Virus record (IMG/VR): IMGVR_UViG_3300031953_000001
Reading direction: 5' to 3' (one strand)
Length of the DNA: 64,000 bases
From: a virus
Taxonomy: Duplodnaviria; Caudoviricetes
In this document: piece by piece, positions 27,045 to 37,425 of the stretch
How positions within the stretch are numbered: position 1 is the first letter of the stretch
How the letters are laid out: the number at the start of each line of letters is the position of its first letter
Translations under genes and position numbers: made by a program
Notes under the pieces: generated by a model
Databases searched by the model: none
The model's input: only the letters and a program-made list of their open reading frames with translations
Told to the model about the DNA's origin: nothing

Positions 27045-27434
27045 ATGAGCAGATCCCCATTACTTATCCTGTCTATGTACGAGTCGTTGGGTTTCTTAAA
27101 GGAATCCCTACAGCTACCGACGTATCTGGCGCAAGAGTTGATCGAGATGACGATCTACTGCCAATTAGAAACTGTAAAAATGAACGGCATTGAATCTGTG
27201 TATGGTGCCGGGTCGTCTTACATCAGCGTGTACGAGACCTTGGACGATTTCCTGGATCAGAAGCTGTTACTGGAACCTTCACCCATTTCCCGCCGGAAGT
27301 TACGCCGGGCGGCGTTGAACGTTTTAGGCGCGTTACCAGACCACGACGGCTACTGGGACGCCTTGATTCACCAGGACACCTTACACTGTCGAATACACTG
27401 GCGCTCAAGCGACGTGTTGATCCATTTTGTTTGA
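27045..27434 (+). CDS. Hypothetical protein (array member 5)
   Basis: ATG immediately after the previous TGA. Confidence 0.65.
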   Translation: MSRSPLLILSMYESLGFLKESLQLPTYLAQELIEMTIYCQLETVKMNGIESVYGAGSSYISVYETLDDFLDQKLLLEPSPISRRKLRRAALNVLGALPDHDGYWDALIHQDTLHCRIHWRSSDVLIHFV

Positions 27435-27442
27435 GGTACGTT

Positions 27443-27826
27443 ATGAGACCCCCTGTAATAATCCCCACCAACGACGCCATTCGAGATATGTTCCACATGT
27501 CTCAACAGATGCAATCGCTGGAGTTCGACATCGATGAATGCATCCGTGCGGTGTTAGATGCTTTGACCTACGCTCAGAACTACCCACGGTCGTTTGATAC
27601 CGACGTGGTCTTGCTCCACGAACAGCACAACGTACATGCCCTCAGCACTCACGACGTCCAGATCCTCAACAGCATGATGCGGTTGTTGTACGACAGAGTC
27701 TATCAGGCGTTGTGTTCTATGCATATGTACGATCTTAACGGACGCTGCTATTACGAACACTTTACCACCGACCACGGTAACATCTTACTGTGGACCGAAC
27801 CGTTCGTCCAACCGCCGTCAACCTAA
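27443..27826 (+). CDS. Hypothetical protein (array member 6)
   Basis: ATG with GAGGT SD. Confidence 0.7.
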   Translation: MRPPVIIPTNDAIRDMFHMSQQMQSLEFDIDECIRAVLDALTYAQNYPRSFDTDVVLLHEQHNVHALSTHDVQILNSMMRLLYDRVYQALCSMHMYDLNGRCYYEHFTTDHGNILLWTEPFVQPPST

Positions 27827-27835
27827 AGGTGTGTG

Positions 27836-28195
27836 ATGATAAAAGTCGTGATTACCGTAGAAGACTTAGAGCTTCTGGTGGCTGTGGTGGAAAGCGACTT
27901 GGGTCAAGACGTTCCAGTTGACCCCCGCTCGGTATTGGATAGGATCAATGGTATGATTGATGAAGCGGTCGAGTGCACTCAGAGTGAGGACTTAGTCAGT
28001 CAATTTGAGCACTTACTCTCGGAGGCGACGGAATTCAGCGACGATGAAATGCTGTACTTAGCGCCTGAGTTGTACCTCTTTAAACGGGTCTTAACCGAGA
28101 TCCGCCGGCATCCATACACCAGACGTCACCCTAAGACCCTTCGCCACATCGCTATGGTTGGGTTGTTGGGTGACCTCATGCTCTATTACCAGTGA
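27836..28195 (+). CDS. Hypothetical protein (array member 7)
   Basis: SD AAGGTG; operon spacing; exact start among adjacent GTG/ATG codons is uncertain. Confidence 0.65.
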   Translation: MIKVVITVEDLELLVAVVESDLGQDVPVDPRSVLDRINGMIDEAVECTQSEDLVSQFEHLLSEATEFSDDEMLYLAPELYLFKRVLTEIRRHPYTRRHPKTLRHIAMVGLLGDLMLYYQ

Positions 28196-28204
28196 GGATC
28201 AGCA

Positions 28205-28612
28205 ATGGCTACAACGAACCAATTCACCATGGGCGCGATGTACGATTTCACCACCCACGCACCGGCGGTGTTGGGGGCGTTTCGTAGTGTAAAGGTCACC
28301 GGCATTGTAGACTACCGTGGGGCACAGCAGTACATAGACCCTGCTGCACGTCACGCCAACGTGTATGGTAGCCTACCGGCCAACACCGCGCCAGACGACC
28401 ATACCCGCTACTATTATTTGGTGGTGGTACAAACCAACGGCAGCACCACGGCCCTCGGTCTACCGTGGATCGTCAGTGACAGCGTGCAATTGAAAGAACG
28501 CGGCCGCATCAGCGTGTCAATCGAAGACACCGGCCCTGAGGACATGGCGAACATCAAACGCGCCTTGATCAGCAACGGCTTCACGGTGGGTAAGATTGAA
28601 TTAGCCAACTAA
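28205..28612 (+). CDS. Conserved Chimalliviridae core protein (phiKZ gp49-like)
   Basis: YDFTTHAPAVLG...VTGIVDY...HANVY...LGLPWI pattern; position upstream of the DNA polymerase. Confidence 0.65.
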   Translation: MATTNQFTMGAMYDFTTHAPAVLGAFRSVKVTGIVDYRGAQQYIDPAARHANVYGSLPANTAPDDHTRYYYLVVVQTNGSTTALGLPWIVSDSVQLKERGRISVSIEDTGPEDMANIKRALISNGFTVGKIELAN

Positions 28613-28696
28613 AGCCTGTGTGTTAATACCCACACGGTTGTACATGGTATGCATCGATACTGCGATGACTGGACACCATTGCACGTTGACTCCATT

Positions 28697-28722
28697 GGAG
28701 GGACTTCGGTCCCTCCTTTTTT
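28697..28722 (+). terminator. Intrinsic terminator
   Basis: GGAGGGAC-ttcg-GTCCCTCC followed by TTTTTT. Confidence 0.85.
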
Positions 28723-28747
28723 CTGATTTAACTGTGAGACCCCCAGT

Positions 28748-29278
28748 ATGTTGACCCTGATCATCGAGATGCGCGATGTCATCGAAGAGCTTCAGATGAA
28801 GGTAGAAGAGGCCCTACAAGTCTCTGGGTTGGAGGTTGCGGACGACGTGGTGAAAGGGCTGTTCCTCGGTATCTTAACCTCAGCCGACACCGTGTACGAG
28901 CACATTGACAGTGATAAACAACTGAACCTACTCGCCTCCGAAGACATAGATCGGGCACTGAAGACCCGAGTTCTACACGACACCTATCGCGGTGATCTTT
29001 ACTGTCTACTGATCGAGTTGTGCAACGAAGACAATGCCACCCTTAGGCAGATCGCGGATTACGGAGTGGATGCCTTGGGCGAGCTGTTCAAGCGGTTCAT
29101 CCGAGTTATGCACACCCACCCCGGCTGTCGTGGTATGATCAACGCGTTCTTGTCCACCAGCACCTTCCCCACAGGTCTTGGTCAAGCAGCATTGATCCCC
29201 ACCTTCCAGGAAGCGTATAACAATGAGGACGTCATTGTAACCATCGTAGTCAACCCCGCACTGACCGGAGCGGCCTAA
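28748..29278 (+). CDS. Hypothetical protein (possible array member 8)
   Basis: 176-aa ORF with the same terminal strand pattern as the upstream small genes. Confidence 0.65.
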   Translation: MLTLIIEMRDVIEELQMKVEEALQVSGLEVADDVVKGLFLGILTSADTVYEHIDSDKQLNLLASEDIDRALKTRVLHDTYRGDLYCLLIELCNEDNATLRQIADYGVDALGELFKRFIRVMHTHPGCRGMINAFLSTSTFPTGLGQAALIPTFQEAYNNEDVIVTIVVNPALTGAA

Positions 29279-29351
29279 AGGTCGCTTTTATTTTTTTGCC
29301 TTGGGTGTTTTTTTGGAAGCCCCGGAGGTATGTTTATGAACACACTAGGAG

Positions 29352-31505
29352 ATGCTCATGACGTCCTTTTTTGTAAGACCCGTAGAAGACTACCACAGAG
29401 ACATAGACGTGGCCACCGCGTATTACCGAGACGCAGCCACGGGTTTGGCAAAGGCCACCGGCAGACCCTTTCAGACGTGCTTAGACTACGTTAAGGAAGT
29501 CACCGGACCCAACGGCCGCCTACGCTTTGAAGACCCGCCTATGAAGTACGTAGGGCGCAAGAGCAACGGCGATCGAGTGTTGAAGGTCACCACCTTCTTG
29601 AACTATCTGAAGACCGTCACCGACCACCAGCTCATACTGGCTCCTTCCATGACCGTGTACCAGAACCCCCACGTGGAGAAGTCGGTCACCGCTATTTACA
29701 TCGACGTGAACATTAAGAAACGGTCTAAATCCAAGAAAGAGATGTTCGCTGCGAAAGAAGCCGGACAGGAAGCCTTGCATTCGTTTAAGAAGAACGAACA
29801 ACAGACGCACAAGATCAAGAACAACGCTCTCTCAGGGGCGCACTGTTCGGAGTCCACCATCTTGTACTTGGACACCATTCACTCAAGCTTGACGTCCACC
29901 TGTCGATCCGCCGCCGGGTACGCCAACGCCAATAATGAAAAGGTCATCAGCGGCAATCGTCATTACTGGTCATCGGACATCGTGATTGCCAACATCGTCT
30001 CGATCATCAACCACGTGGACTTAAACGCGTTTGCCTCGGTCATGGAGGACTTTAAACTTCAAGCCCCCACCGTCGATGAGACCATGGAATGCATTCAATA
30101 CAGCACCGACTTCTACTGGCGAGACCGTAAACGGATGGATTTGATCCGTCGGGTAGTTGGAGGGTTGAGTGATGTCGAACGCGCGGCGTTTGTGTACACG
30201 GGCGATTTGCACCACTTAGCCAAACACAACCCCGATGCGGTACGTGCTCTACTGAAAGAGATAGCCACCCTATCGGACGAACCGGTCACCGACCCTGCGC
30301 AGTACCTTAAAGGCATCTCCGACGAACAAGGCGCCATGGTGTCTTTGCTGTGCGGTAAGTCTATGGGGGGTAAGAACCTGAGTTCGTTCGACGAGTTTGC
30401 GCCTGAAGTCCAGAACCGCATAGGCGCGACGGCCAAACGGTTGACCGAGACGTTGGAGCACTACCGTCAATTGATCAAAGTCCTTCTGGTCAGTGACGTC
30501 ATGCCCTCCAGTGTGGCCAACTTACCTAACGTCATTCGTCGAAACGCCATTACCTCGGATACCGACTCTACTATCTTTACCGCCCAAGACTGGCTGCGCT
30601 GGTATTCGGGTAAGATCTCGTTCGAGGAACAGACCGTTAACATCGGTCACGCGGTGGCTTTCTTAACGTCGGCGTCGATTACCCACATACTGGCAAAGAT
30701 GTCGGCCAACATGGGTGTGGCTAAGGATCAGCTGCATCAGTATCAGATGAAGTCCGAATACTACTTCCCAGTGTTTGCTTTGACCTCACGAGCGAAGACG
30801 TACTTCGCCCACGTCGGTGCCCAAGAAGGGCAGGTCTTTGTCGAACCCGATTTGGAAGTCAAAGGGTCGGTACTCAAAGGGTCGGCCTCCCCGCAGTTTG
30901 TGATGGACGACGCTGACAAGTTGGTCAATGAAATCCTGGAAACGGTGGCTTCGGATAAGAAGATCCAACTCTACCCAATCTTAAACCGCATCGCCACCAT
31001 CGAGAAGGACATCTCCGATTCGATATTGCGTGGGGAAACCTATTACTACAAACGGGGGGAAATCAAAACCGCCGACTCGTACAAACTCAGTGAATCCAGT
31101 AGCCCTTACTTCCACTATCTGTTCTGGGAAGCGGTCTTTGCGGATAAATACGGTCACATCGAAGCTGTCCCTTATCGGGTGGTGAAGGTGTCTATTGAAG
31201 CCGATTCTAAAACCGACTTTCTTAAGTGGGTGAACTCGTTTGACGACGCTGGGCTTCGTGAGAAACTGGTGACCTTCCTGCGCAGTCACGGCAAGGATAA
31301 GGTAACCACCATCAACGTACCTCAGGCTGTGGTGGAATCCTCAGGGATACCTAAAGAAATCATCAACGGCGTCTCTACTCGGAAGATCGTCTCGAATTTG
31401 TTGGAACCGCATTACGTATTGTTGGAAACCCTAGGTTATTACACAGTAGATGACAACCAGTTGCGACTGGTCTCAGACACGTACTTGCCCACCGTGGCGG
31501 AATAA
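29352..31505 (+). CDS. Family B DNA polymerase, polymerase subunit (phiKZ gp50-like)
   Basis: Motifs KIKNNALSGA and RNAITSDTDSTIF (DTDS catalytic motif), LEVKG; 717 aa. Confidence 0.9.
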   Translation: MLMTSFFVRPVEDYHRDIDVATAYYRDAATGLAKATGRPFQTCLDYVKEVTGPNGRLRFEDPPMKYVGRKSNGDRVLKVTTFLNYLKTVTDHQLILAPSMTVYQNPHVEKSVTAIYIDVNIKKRSKSKKEMFAAKEAGQEALHSFKKNEQQTHKIKNNALSGAHCSESTILYLDTIHSSLTSTCRSAAGYANANNEKVISGNRHYWSSDIVIANIVSIINHVDLNAFASVMEDFKLQAPTVDETMECIQYSTDFYWRDRKRMDLIRRVVGGLSDVERAAFVYTGDLHHLAKHNPDAVRALLKEIATLSDEPVTDPAQYLKGISDEQGAMVSLLCGKSMGGKNLSSFDEFAPEVQNRIGATAKRLTETLEHYRQLIKVLLVSDVMPSSVANLPNVIRRNAITSDTDSTIFTAQDWLRWYSGKISFEEQTVNIGHAVAFLTSASITHILAKMSANMGVAKDQLHQYQMKSEYYFPVFALTSRAKTYFAHVGAQEGQVFVEPDLEVKGSVLKGSASPQFVMDDADKLVNEILETVASDKKIQLYPILNRIATIEKDISDSILRGETYYYKRGEIKTADSYKLSESSSPYFHYLFWEAVFADKYGHIEAVPYRVVKVSIEADSKTDFLKWVNSFDDAGLREKLVTFLRSHGKDKVTTINVPQAVVESSGIPKEIINGVSTRKIVSNLLEPHYVLLETLGYYTVDDNQLRLVSDTYLPTVAE

Positions 31506-31514
31506 ACGGAGTGA

Positions 31515-31550
31515 GCTAGGTGAAACGGGCCTTAGCTCGTTTCACCTAGC
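31515..31550. terminator. 16-bp hairpin between convergent genes (bidirectional terminator)
   Basis: GCTAGGTGAAACGGGC-ctta-GCTCGTTTCACCTAGC. Confidence 0.7.
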
Positions 31551-31552
31551 CG

Positions 31553-32644
31553 CTACAAGTACGCTATAATAGCTCGATCGATGTGATCGAGCACGCCTTC
31601 TGCTGAGTCCTCACCCAAGGCCGACCCAAAGTCTCGGTCTTGTATCAGTTCTCGGTATTTACGTTTGATGTTCGCTGCCTCGTGGTAGTTACGCGCACTG
31701 CCTGCGGCGTAGTCACACTGCACCATAAACTCCAAGATTGGCAACACGGCCAGATTCACCGCCCAGGCGTTCTGTCGAGTGATGGCAATCTTAGGCGCGC
31801 GGCTGACCACATACAGGTCACGGTGGTCGTCCACCAGCTTGATCTGCTGCAGCATGTCGTCGTAAGTCATAGGACGTTGCTGAAGGTGTGCTATGCGATC
31901 GATTAAGTACTTGTCGGTCTTATCGCTCAAGTCGGTCAGGTAGAAGGGCCAAGCGTTGTACCCTTCTTCTAAAGGGGTGGTTTGCAGATGGGTTTTCAAT
32001 CGATTAAAGAGGGAGATCTCTAACTGACTGATCAACGCATTACCCAAGGGGTACTCGTGTACAAACTGCATGACGGTTCGGATGAAGGGTTCCCCTGCCC
32101 GTTTTTGCGCCAGGTACCATTGCCGGTACTGGATGGCCATCATCACCACGTCGATCTGAATCACTGCCCAGGTAGGCGTTTTGCTGGATTGACTGCCGTC
32201 TAACGCCGAGATGGACAAGTGGTTGAACGGATGCCGCAACACTTTAACCGACTGTAAGCTTTTCCAGTGGGTGTCCAGATCCAACAGATCGAAATCGGTA
32301 CTGACCGAGAGCAAGGCCTCAAACACGTTCTTACCGTAGAAACGATCGTCGTCGGTCACCTGCCCGCGTTTACCGGCGCTGGTTAACCCGTTAGCTCGGG
32401 TAATCCCTTCCAATCGATTGCTGACTAATCGATGGTATTCGAACAAGGGGAGATTCGGATCAACGGCTATGCCAGTGAGTAGCTTGACCAGGATGTGGTT
32501 GCTGCGCACCGCGTAGCTGGCCCCTCTTAGGTGGCGCAGCACGGTGATGAGGTTCTTACGTAGTTGACGGCGCACGTACTCGTACCCAGCCGGGACGGTA
32601 ACCCGTGCAGCGCCCGTGCTATGATCGGTAAATAACGTATACAT
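31553..32644 (-). CDS. Conserved virion protein (phiKZ gp52-like)
   Basis: 363 aa on the opposite strand between the polymerase and chimallin, as in phiKZ-like gene order. Confidence 0.65.
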   Translation of the reverse strand: MYTLFTDHSTGAARVTVPAGYEYVRRQLRKNLITVLRHLRGASYAVRSNHILVKLLTGIAVDPNLPLFEYHRLVSNRLEGITRANGLTSAGKRGQVTDDDRFYGKNVFEALLSVSTDFDLLDLDTHWKSLQSVKVLRHPFNHLSISALDGSQSSKTPTWAVIQIDVVMMAIQYRQWYLAQKRAGEPFIRTVMQFVHEYPLGNALISQLEISLFNRLKTHLQTTPLEEGYNAWPFYLTDLSDKTDKYLIDRIAHLQQRPMTYDDMLQQIKLVDDHRDLYVVSRAPKIAITRQNAWAVNLAVLPILEFMVQCDYAAGSARNYHEAANIKRKYRELIQDRDFGSALGEDSAEGVLDHIDRAIIAYL

Positions 32645-32969
32645 AACGAGGTCTCGTGGCGGTATTTAGAAGCAGTAGGAGATTAGGTCATAGTATGCGA
32701 GCAGTGTACTCGCATCCTCCGTTCTTCGGCGTTTCTAGGGCGTCGGGGAGCATCTATACCGTTATGCCCATTTGGCTGTGAAATTGGACGGTTTGGCGCT
32801 ATCTAATGAACCAATGATAGACACACATCTATAATTTCTTACACGGTAGTGCCTACTATATAGACACCATGCATCTGGACATCCTCGACGGAGGATGATC
32901 CGGTCAACCCACAGTCTATTCGTTTTTACTCTGTGGTCGGTGTATAATCCATGGATTGTAAAACATTTG

Positions 32970-32990
32970 AGACCTACATCATCAAGGTGA
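32970..32990 (+). promoter_or_regulatory. Putative early promoter of chimallin
   Basis: AGACCTACATCATCAAGGTGA, same class as 19936 and 56827. Confidence 0.6.
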
Positions 32991-33052
32991 CATAGTTCGC
33001 TTAAGAACTGTGTTTGCGCAAACACAAACCGAAGAAAGCAGGAGTATTACGC

Positions 33053-34909
33053 ATGCCAGTAAATATCGATGACGACAACACACCAAACACCAACCCACCC
33101 CGCGAAGAACAGACTGCCCCCCGTTCCAACCAAAACCAACAGTCTCGTTCTCCCCGCGGTAAACGTGAAGGCATGGGTGCTCTTGGCGAACGCATCCAGC
33201 GTTCTATGAAACGCAACCAGATGGGCGAGGCCTTGGCTGAGTATCAGCGTGCTGTGGACAAAATCTTCAGCGATCTGATGGCACAGACAGGCGCTGAGTT
33301 TAAGGTTCTGCCTTTGGACGCCAGCCGTCACTCCCTACACTACTCAGCAGTCATGCTGGTAGGCGTAATGAACATCGGTGGCCAAAGCATCGCCTCGACG
33401 TACACCATGATTCTCGAGGGGTCTGCGTCTGACCCTCGTCCGGTCATTGCTCAGGTGTACGGGCAACCTGTTGAATCCATCCGCACCGCGATGGACGCGT
33501 GGGACGAACTGACGTGGCAGAAAGTGCAGTCAGTGGTTGCTCAGCAATACGGCGACGGTGTCAACATCATGAACGCCGGTGCGATGGTCGTACCTGCCGA
33601 AGTAGAAGCCAAGGATGAAGAGCGTGTGTGGCAGATCGTTTGGGCCGCTCAGGAAGCTGTACTGTCCAATCTGGAAAGCGCTTTCCCACAAGACTTTGCT
33701 CATTTCAACCTGGCTGAGATGTTTGATCCGTCTCGCGATCGCATGAACGCGTCTTTCACCTACAACGGTGATGATGGCGAATCGGTTACCGGTCTACCTG
33801 TACGTAGTGACATCACTTTGGTCATGGCCGCCAGCGAACGCAACTCCAGCGGTCGGGATGACGTGTCGTCTTTCCAACACCAGACCTCTCGTGACCTGAT
33901 GGAAGTGAACAGCTACGTGGATCTGGTGTACGCCCCGAGCAATCAAGTGCCCGCACCGGGCCAACAGCCACCGACTCAGACCTTCGTGCCACGTGTGGTT
34001 CTGACCAAGGTTACCGCTTTGGATGCGCCGTTTACTCCAGAAACGTTCCTGTTGGCACTAGCCACCTCGTGCTTGTTGGGCGAAAGCTACAACTGGGCGT
34101 CTCAGTTCGCTAACTTCTCGGCTGAAGAAGTGCACGACATTGGCGGCGTTGGTTACCGCATGAAGAACCCAGCAGACGCCAACGCGGCGTCGGCAGCCAT
34201 CGACACCAAGACCAACAGCTTTGGCACCAACGAGTTGTTTGACCTGGTACAACACACTTGCTGGAAAGATCCTGCGTTCTCCATCGACTGTGAAGACGTG
34301 GGTCCCGAGTCCTGGCTGACAGGTGCCCTGGTAGATGCCGCACACAACAATGCCCAAGCGATGGACTTCATCGTGCAAGCAGCCAACAACTTGACCAATG
34401 GTCAGTTCAGTCAAGTGTGGCAGGGCGGTTCCATCACAGCGTCTGAAAACAACAAGGTACATTTGGGTACCTACGTGGATGCTCAGGGTCAGATCCGCGA
34501 TCTGCGGGAAATCGACAGCCTGGCGATCCTGAATCACTTCGGTCATAACGACATGACTGCGGTTAACCTGTGGGAAAGCACGTTTAACGACATGCAAGCA
34601 CCCATCGAACTGCGCCTTGAGAAGCGTCTCCAGATGATCCGTCAGCTGGCAGGTAAACTCAAGATCCGTGGCTTCGCTGAGCGCGTAACCTTCGTTCCAG
34701 AATTCCTGGATGCGCTGGTACAATCAGTCGTGCGTGCTGGCTTGGCAGTAGATCAAGATGGCCTACAGTCTCTGTACGGTCAGAATGTGCAAGTTGGCAA
34801 CAACTTCCTGCAGAACTACGCTGCGCACACCGGCGCCAACGGCATGATGAACCAAAGTGGCCCTGTCGGTCACCACGCGTTCCGTCGGCCGATGTCCCGC
34901 TGGGGCTAA
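33053..34909 (+). CDS. chmA: Chimallin (phage nuclear shell protein, phiKZ gp54-like)
   Basis: ATG at 33053 with CAGGAG SD; 618 aa with disordered termini; QTFVPRVVLT motif; lies immediately upstream of the nvRNAP beta' gene. Confidence 0.88.
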   Translation: MPVNIDDDNTPNTNPPREEQTAPRSNQNQQSRSPRGKREGMGALGERIQRSMKRNQMGEALAEYQRAVDKIFSDLMAQTGAEFKVLPLDASRHSLHYSAVMLVGVMNIGGQSIASTYTMILEGSASDPRPVIAQVYGQPVESIRTAMDAWDELTWQKVQSVVAQQYGDGVNIMNAGAMVVPAEVEAKDEERVWQIVWAAQEAVLSNLESAFPQDFAHFNLAEMFDPSRDRMNASFTYNGDDGESVTGLPVRSDITLVMAASERNSSGRDDVSSFQHQTSRDLMEVNSYVDLVYAPSNQVPAPGQQPPTQTFVPRVVLTKVTALDAPFTPETFLLALATSCLLGESYNWASQFANFSAEEVHDIGGVGYRMKNPADANAASAAIDTKTNSFGTNELFDLVQHTCWKDPAFSIDCEDVGPESWLTGALVDAAHNNAQAMDFIVQAANNLTNGQFSQVWQGGSITASENNKVHLGTYVDAQGQIRDLREIDSLAILNHFGHNDMTAVNLWESTFNDMQAPIELRLEKRLQMIRQLAGKLKIRGFAERVTFVPEFLDALVQSVVRAGLAVDQDGLQSLYGQNVQVGNNFLQNYAAHTGANGMMNQSGPVGHHAFRRPMSRWG

Positions 34910-34931
34910 TCGCCTTAGTAGACGTGAATAC

Positions 34932-34968
34932 AGAGGAGGCCTTCGGGCCTCCTCTTATTTTATTTTTT
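34932..34968 (+). terminator. Intrinsic terminator
   Basis: AGAGGAGGCC-ttcg-GGCCTCCTCT followed by TATTTTATTTTTT. Confidence 0.9.
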
Positions 34969-35089
34969 CAAGTCGTTCTTACTCCGCACGACCTGAACTA
35001 AGGTACCTTAAACGACATTGGAACTGGTTAAAGCCAACCTAGATTCGTTATGGTACGAGAAAAGACGTTCTCTACTAGGGAGTATATCG

Positions 35090-36367
35090 ATGCAATTACC
35101 AACTTCACACGTGGCCACCAAAAGCCAATCTGGAGTGTTCTGTGAGTTGATTGATTACGATCGACTCTATGAGTCAGTGTCCGACCACGCCATGCTGGTC
35201 AATACGTTCAACACCCGCAACGACGATGAAAAGGAACGTCTGAACCGGTTACTGTACACCGAATACGAAGGCGATACCTTAGATAGCAAACCTACCTGCG
35301 ACTGTGGTAAGTTGGCGGGTGAGTACAACAAAGGCATTAAGTGCAGCAACTGCGGTACCGCGGTGGTGGCCATCACCGAACGTCCAATGGAGTCCCTGCT
35401 TTGGATCAAGGCCCCGGACGGAGTGCGTTCCTTTATCTCTCCGGCTGCTTGGAACGTACTAAACTCCATGTTCACCTACCGAGGCGTTCAATTGGTGCGT
35501 TGGTTGACTGACCCAACCTACACCCCCAACAAGAACGTAGACCGCACCGACCCCCTGTTCGAACGCTTCCGTCAGGCGAGTTGGAAACGGTCCATCAACC
35601 ACTTCATCGACAACTTTGATCAAGCCTGCCAGATGATCTTCGATGGGAAAGTTGTGAACCCCATTCCCAGACGCCGCCGGATGGAGCAGTTCATCGAGGA
35701 GAACCGAGACCGCTTCTTCCCTCAATACCTACCGATCCCCAACCGCGCCATCTTCATCACTGAGAAGACCGCTATGGGCACTTACGCCGACAACGTGATG
35801 TACTCGGCGATCGACGCCGTGCGCACCATGACGTCGCTGGATTCGGGGATTGGGCCGGCCACTCAACGGATTAAAGAAAACCGGACGGTGAAGGTCATCC
35901 AGCAACTGTCCAGTTACTATCTGGAGTACACCAAGAACAACCTGTCTAAGAAACCCGGCATGTTCCGGCGGCAGGTGTATGGGTCTCGACTGGACTTCTC
36001 TGGGCGGGCGGTGATCAGTTCGTTGTCGCACCCCCATGCGTACGATGAGCTGCATTTCCCTTGGGGGTTGGCGGTGATGATACTCAAGAGTCACATCACC
36101 AGTAAATTGATGCGACGCGGTATGACGCCCAGTTCAGCGGAAGAGTTTCTGATGCTGCACACCACCAAATACCACCCACTGTTAGAGACGTTGTTCGACG
36201 AGTTGTTAGAGGAAAGCCCGCAGAAACGCCTTCCCGTGTTGTTCCAACGGAACCCGTCTCTGGTGCGTGGCTCAGCCCAGCAACTGTACATCAGTAAGAT
36301 CAAGACCGACCCTACCATCAACACCATCAGTTTCTCCGTTCTGGCCTTGGCCGCACCGAACGCGGAT
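35090..36367 (+). CDS. nvRNAP beta' N-terminal subunit (phiKZ gp55-like), exon 1
   Basis: SD AGGGAG; Zn finger CDCG...CSNC; RLDFSGRAVI and VLFQRNPSL; ends ...APNAD at the splice site. Confidence 0.92.
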
Positions 36368-36393
36368 TAAAGTCTTTCGATAAGTTTCTAAAT

Positions 36394-36407
36394 ATATATC
36401 ATCCACG
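36394..36407 (+). promoter_or_regulatory. Promoter motif inside the intron, upstream of the HNH gene
   Basis: ATATATCATCCACG followed by GAGGTGA SD. Confidence 0.55.
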
Positions 36408-36429
36408 TACATTAGATGCGAGGTGATTT

Positions 36430-37425
36430 ATGTACTTAGAAGAATGCTTAAGTGTATCAGGTTATTATCACCACCCCCGATTCGAGACCATAGCAATTTC
36501 TCGAGATAGCGACGTTGTGGATCTAAAGACGAAGGAAAGTCTGACCCAGTCGTTCAACGGGTACATGGAGTACTACACAGTTAACGTCCCTAAATACGGT
36601 ACACACACAATGCACCGACTCGTAGCGGAGACCTTCATTGAAGAAGATCGCCCCATCGAGAAATTACACGTTAACCATAAGGACGGTGATAAAGCCAAAA
36701 ACCAGGCTGATAATCTTGAGTGGGTTACGCCACAAGAGAATGCCATTCACGCATACACCAGTGGGTTAAGAAGCGATAACCGCGAGGTCTTAGCAATTAA
36801 TCTCAACACTGGTGAGGAACGTTCGTTCTACTCGTTAAATGAGGCAGCCCGATCGTTTAACGTAAACCCTGAGAAGCTCCACCGTTGGTTGAACAGTAAA
36901 GAACTGTATCCGTTCAACCACCACTGGAACTTGTGTTACAAAGGAAGTCAGTGGAAACCGTTGGATAAGTCGCACATTGGACAGCATCCAAGATCGCATC
37001 CCAGTGATGTGGTGTTATATCGACTGGACGATCAGTGCGCTATCCTTGTAGGTAGCTTTGCCCAAGGGGCAGAGATGCTTGGAACCACCAGCACTACTGT
37101 GTCTAAGTACGCCAATGAGTATGCTAAGGTCCCCCTCAAAGGACACCTTGTATATATCGTCAGCGATTACCCGGACGAGTTGGTCGAAGCAGTAGATTGT
37201 AGGAAGGAACGAATACCACCGACTGCGCCCACCCGAAAGCCAGAACGGATCATTGTAGCCGATACGGTTGCTGATACGTCCAAGGAATGGAATTCGGTAA
37301 GCGAGTTTGCGTTTAGCGTCACTGCTAAGAAAAATACGATTCAACGCTCGATGTTGAAGAACGACGGTATGTGGAAACACTATTGCATTAAGTATATCGA
37401 CAGTCAAAGTCCTACACGGCAGTAA
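36430..37425 (+). CDS. Intron-encoded HNH homing endonuclease
   Basis: MHRLVAETF...HVNHKDGDKAKNQADNLEWVT; located between P1 and the intron core. Confidence 0.9.
   Translation: MYLEECLSVSGYYHHPRFETIAISRDSDVVDLKTKESLTQSFNGYMEYYTVNVPKYGTHTMHRLVAETFIEEDRPIEKLHVNHKDGDKAKNQADNLEWVTPQENAIHAYTSGLRSDNREVLAINLNTGEERSFYSLNEAARSFNVNPEKLHRWLNSKELYPFNHHWNLCYKGSQWKPLDKSHIGQHPRSHPSDVVLYRLDDQCAILVGSFAQGAEMLGTTSTTVSKYANEYAKVPLKGHLVYIVSDYPDELVEAVDCRKERIPPTAPTRKPERIIVADTVADTSKEWNSVSEFAFSVTAKKNTIQRSMLKNDGMWKHYCIKYIDSQSPTRQ

Noticed and set aside
33014-33052. Upstream TTG start for chimallin and TTG start at 35018 for beta'
   Set aside because: The downstream ATGs (33053 and 35090) have clear SD sequences; the upstream starts do not.
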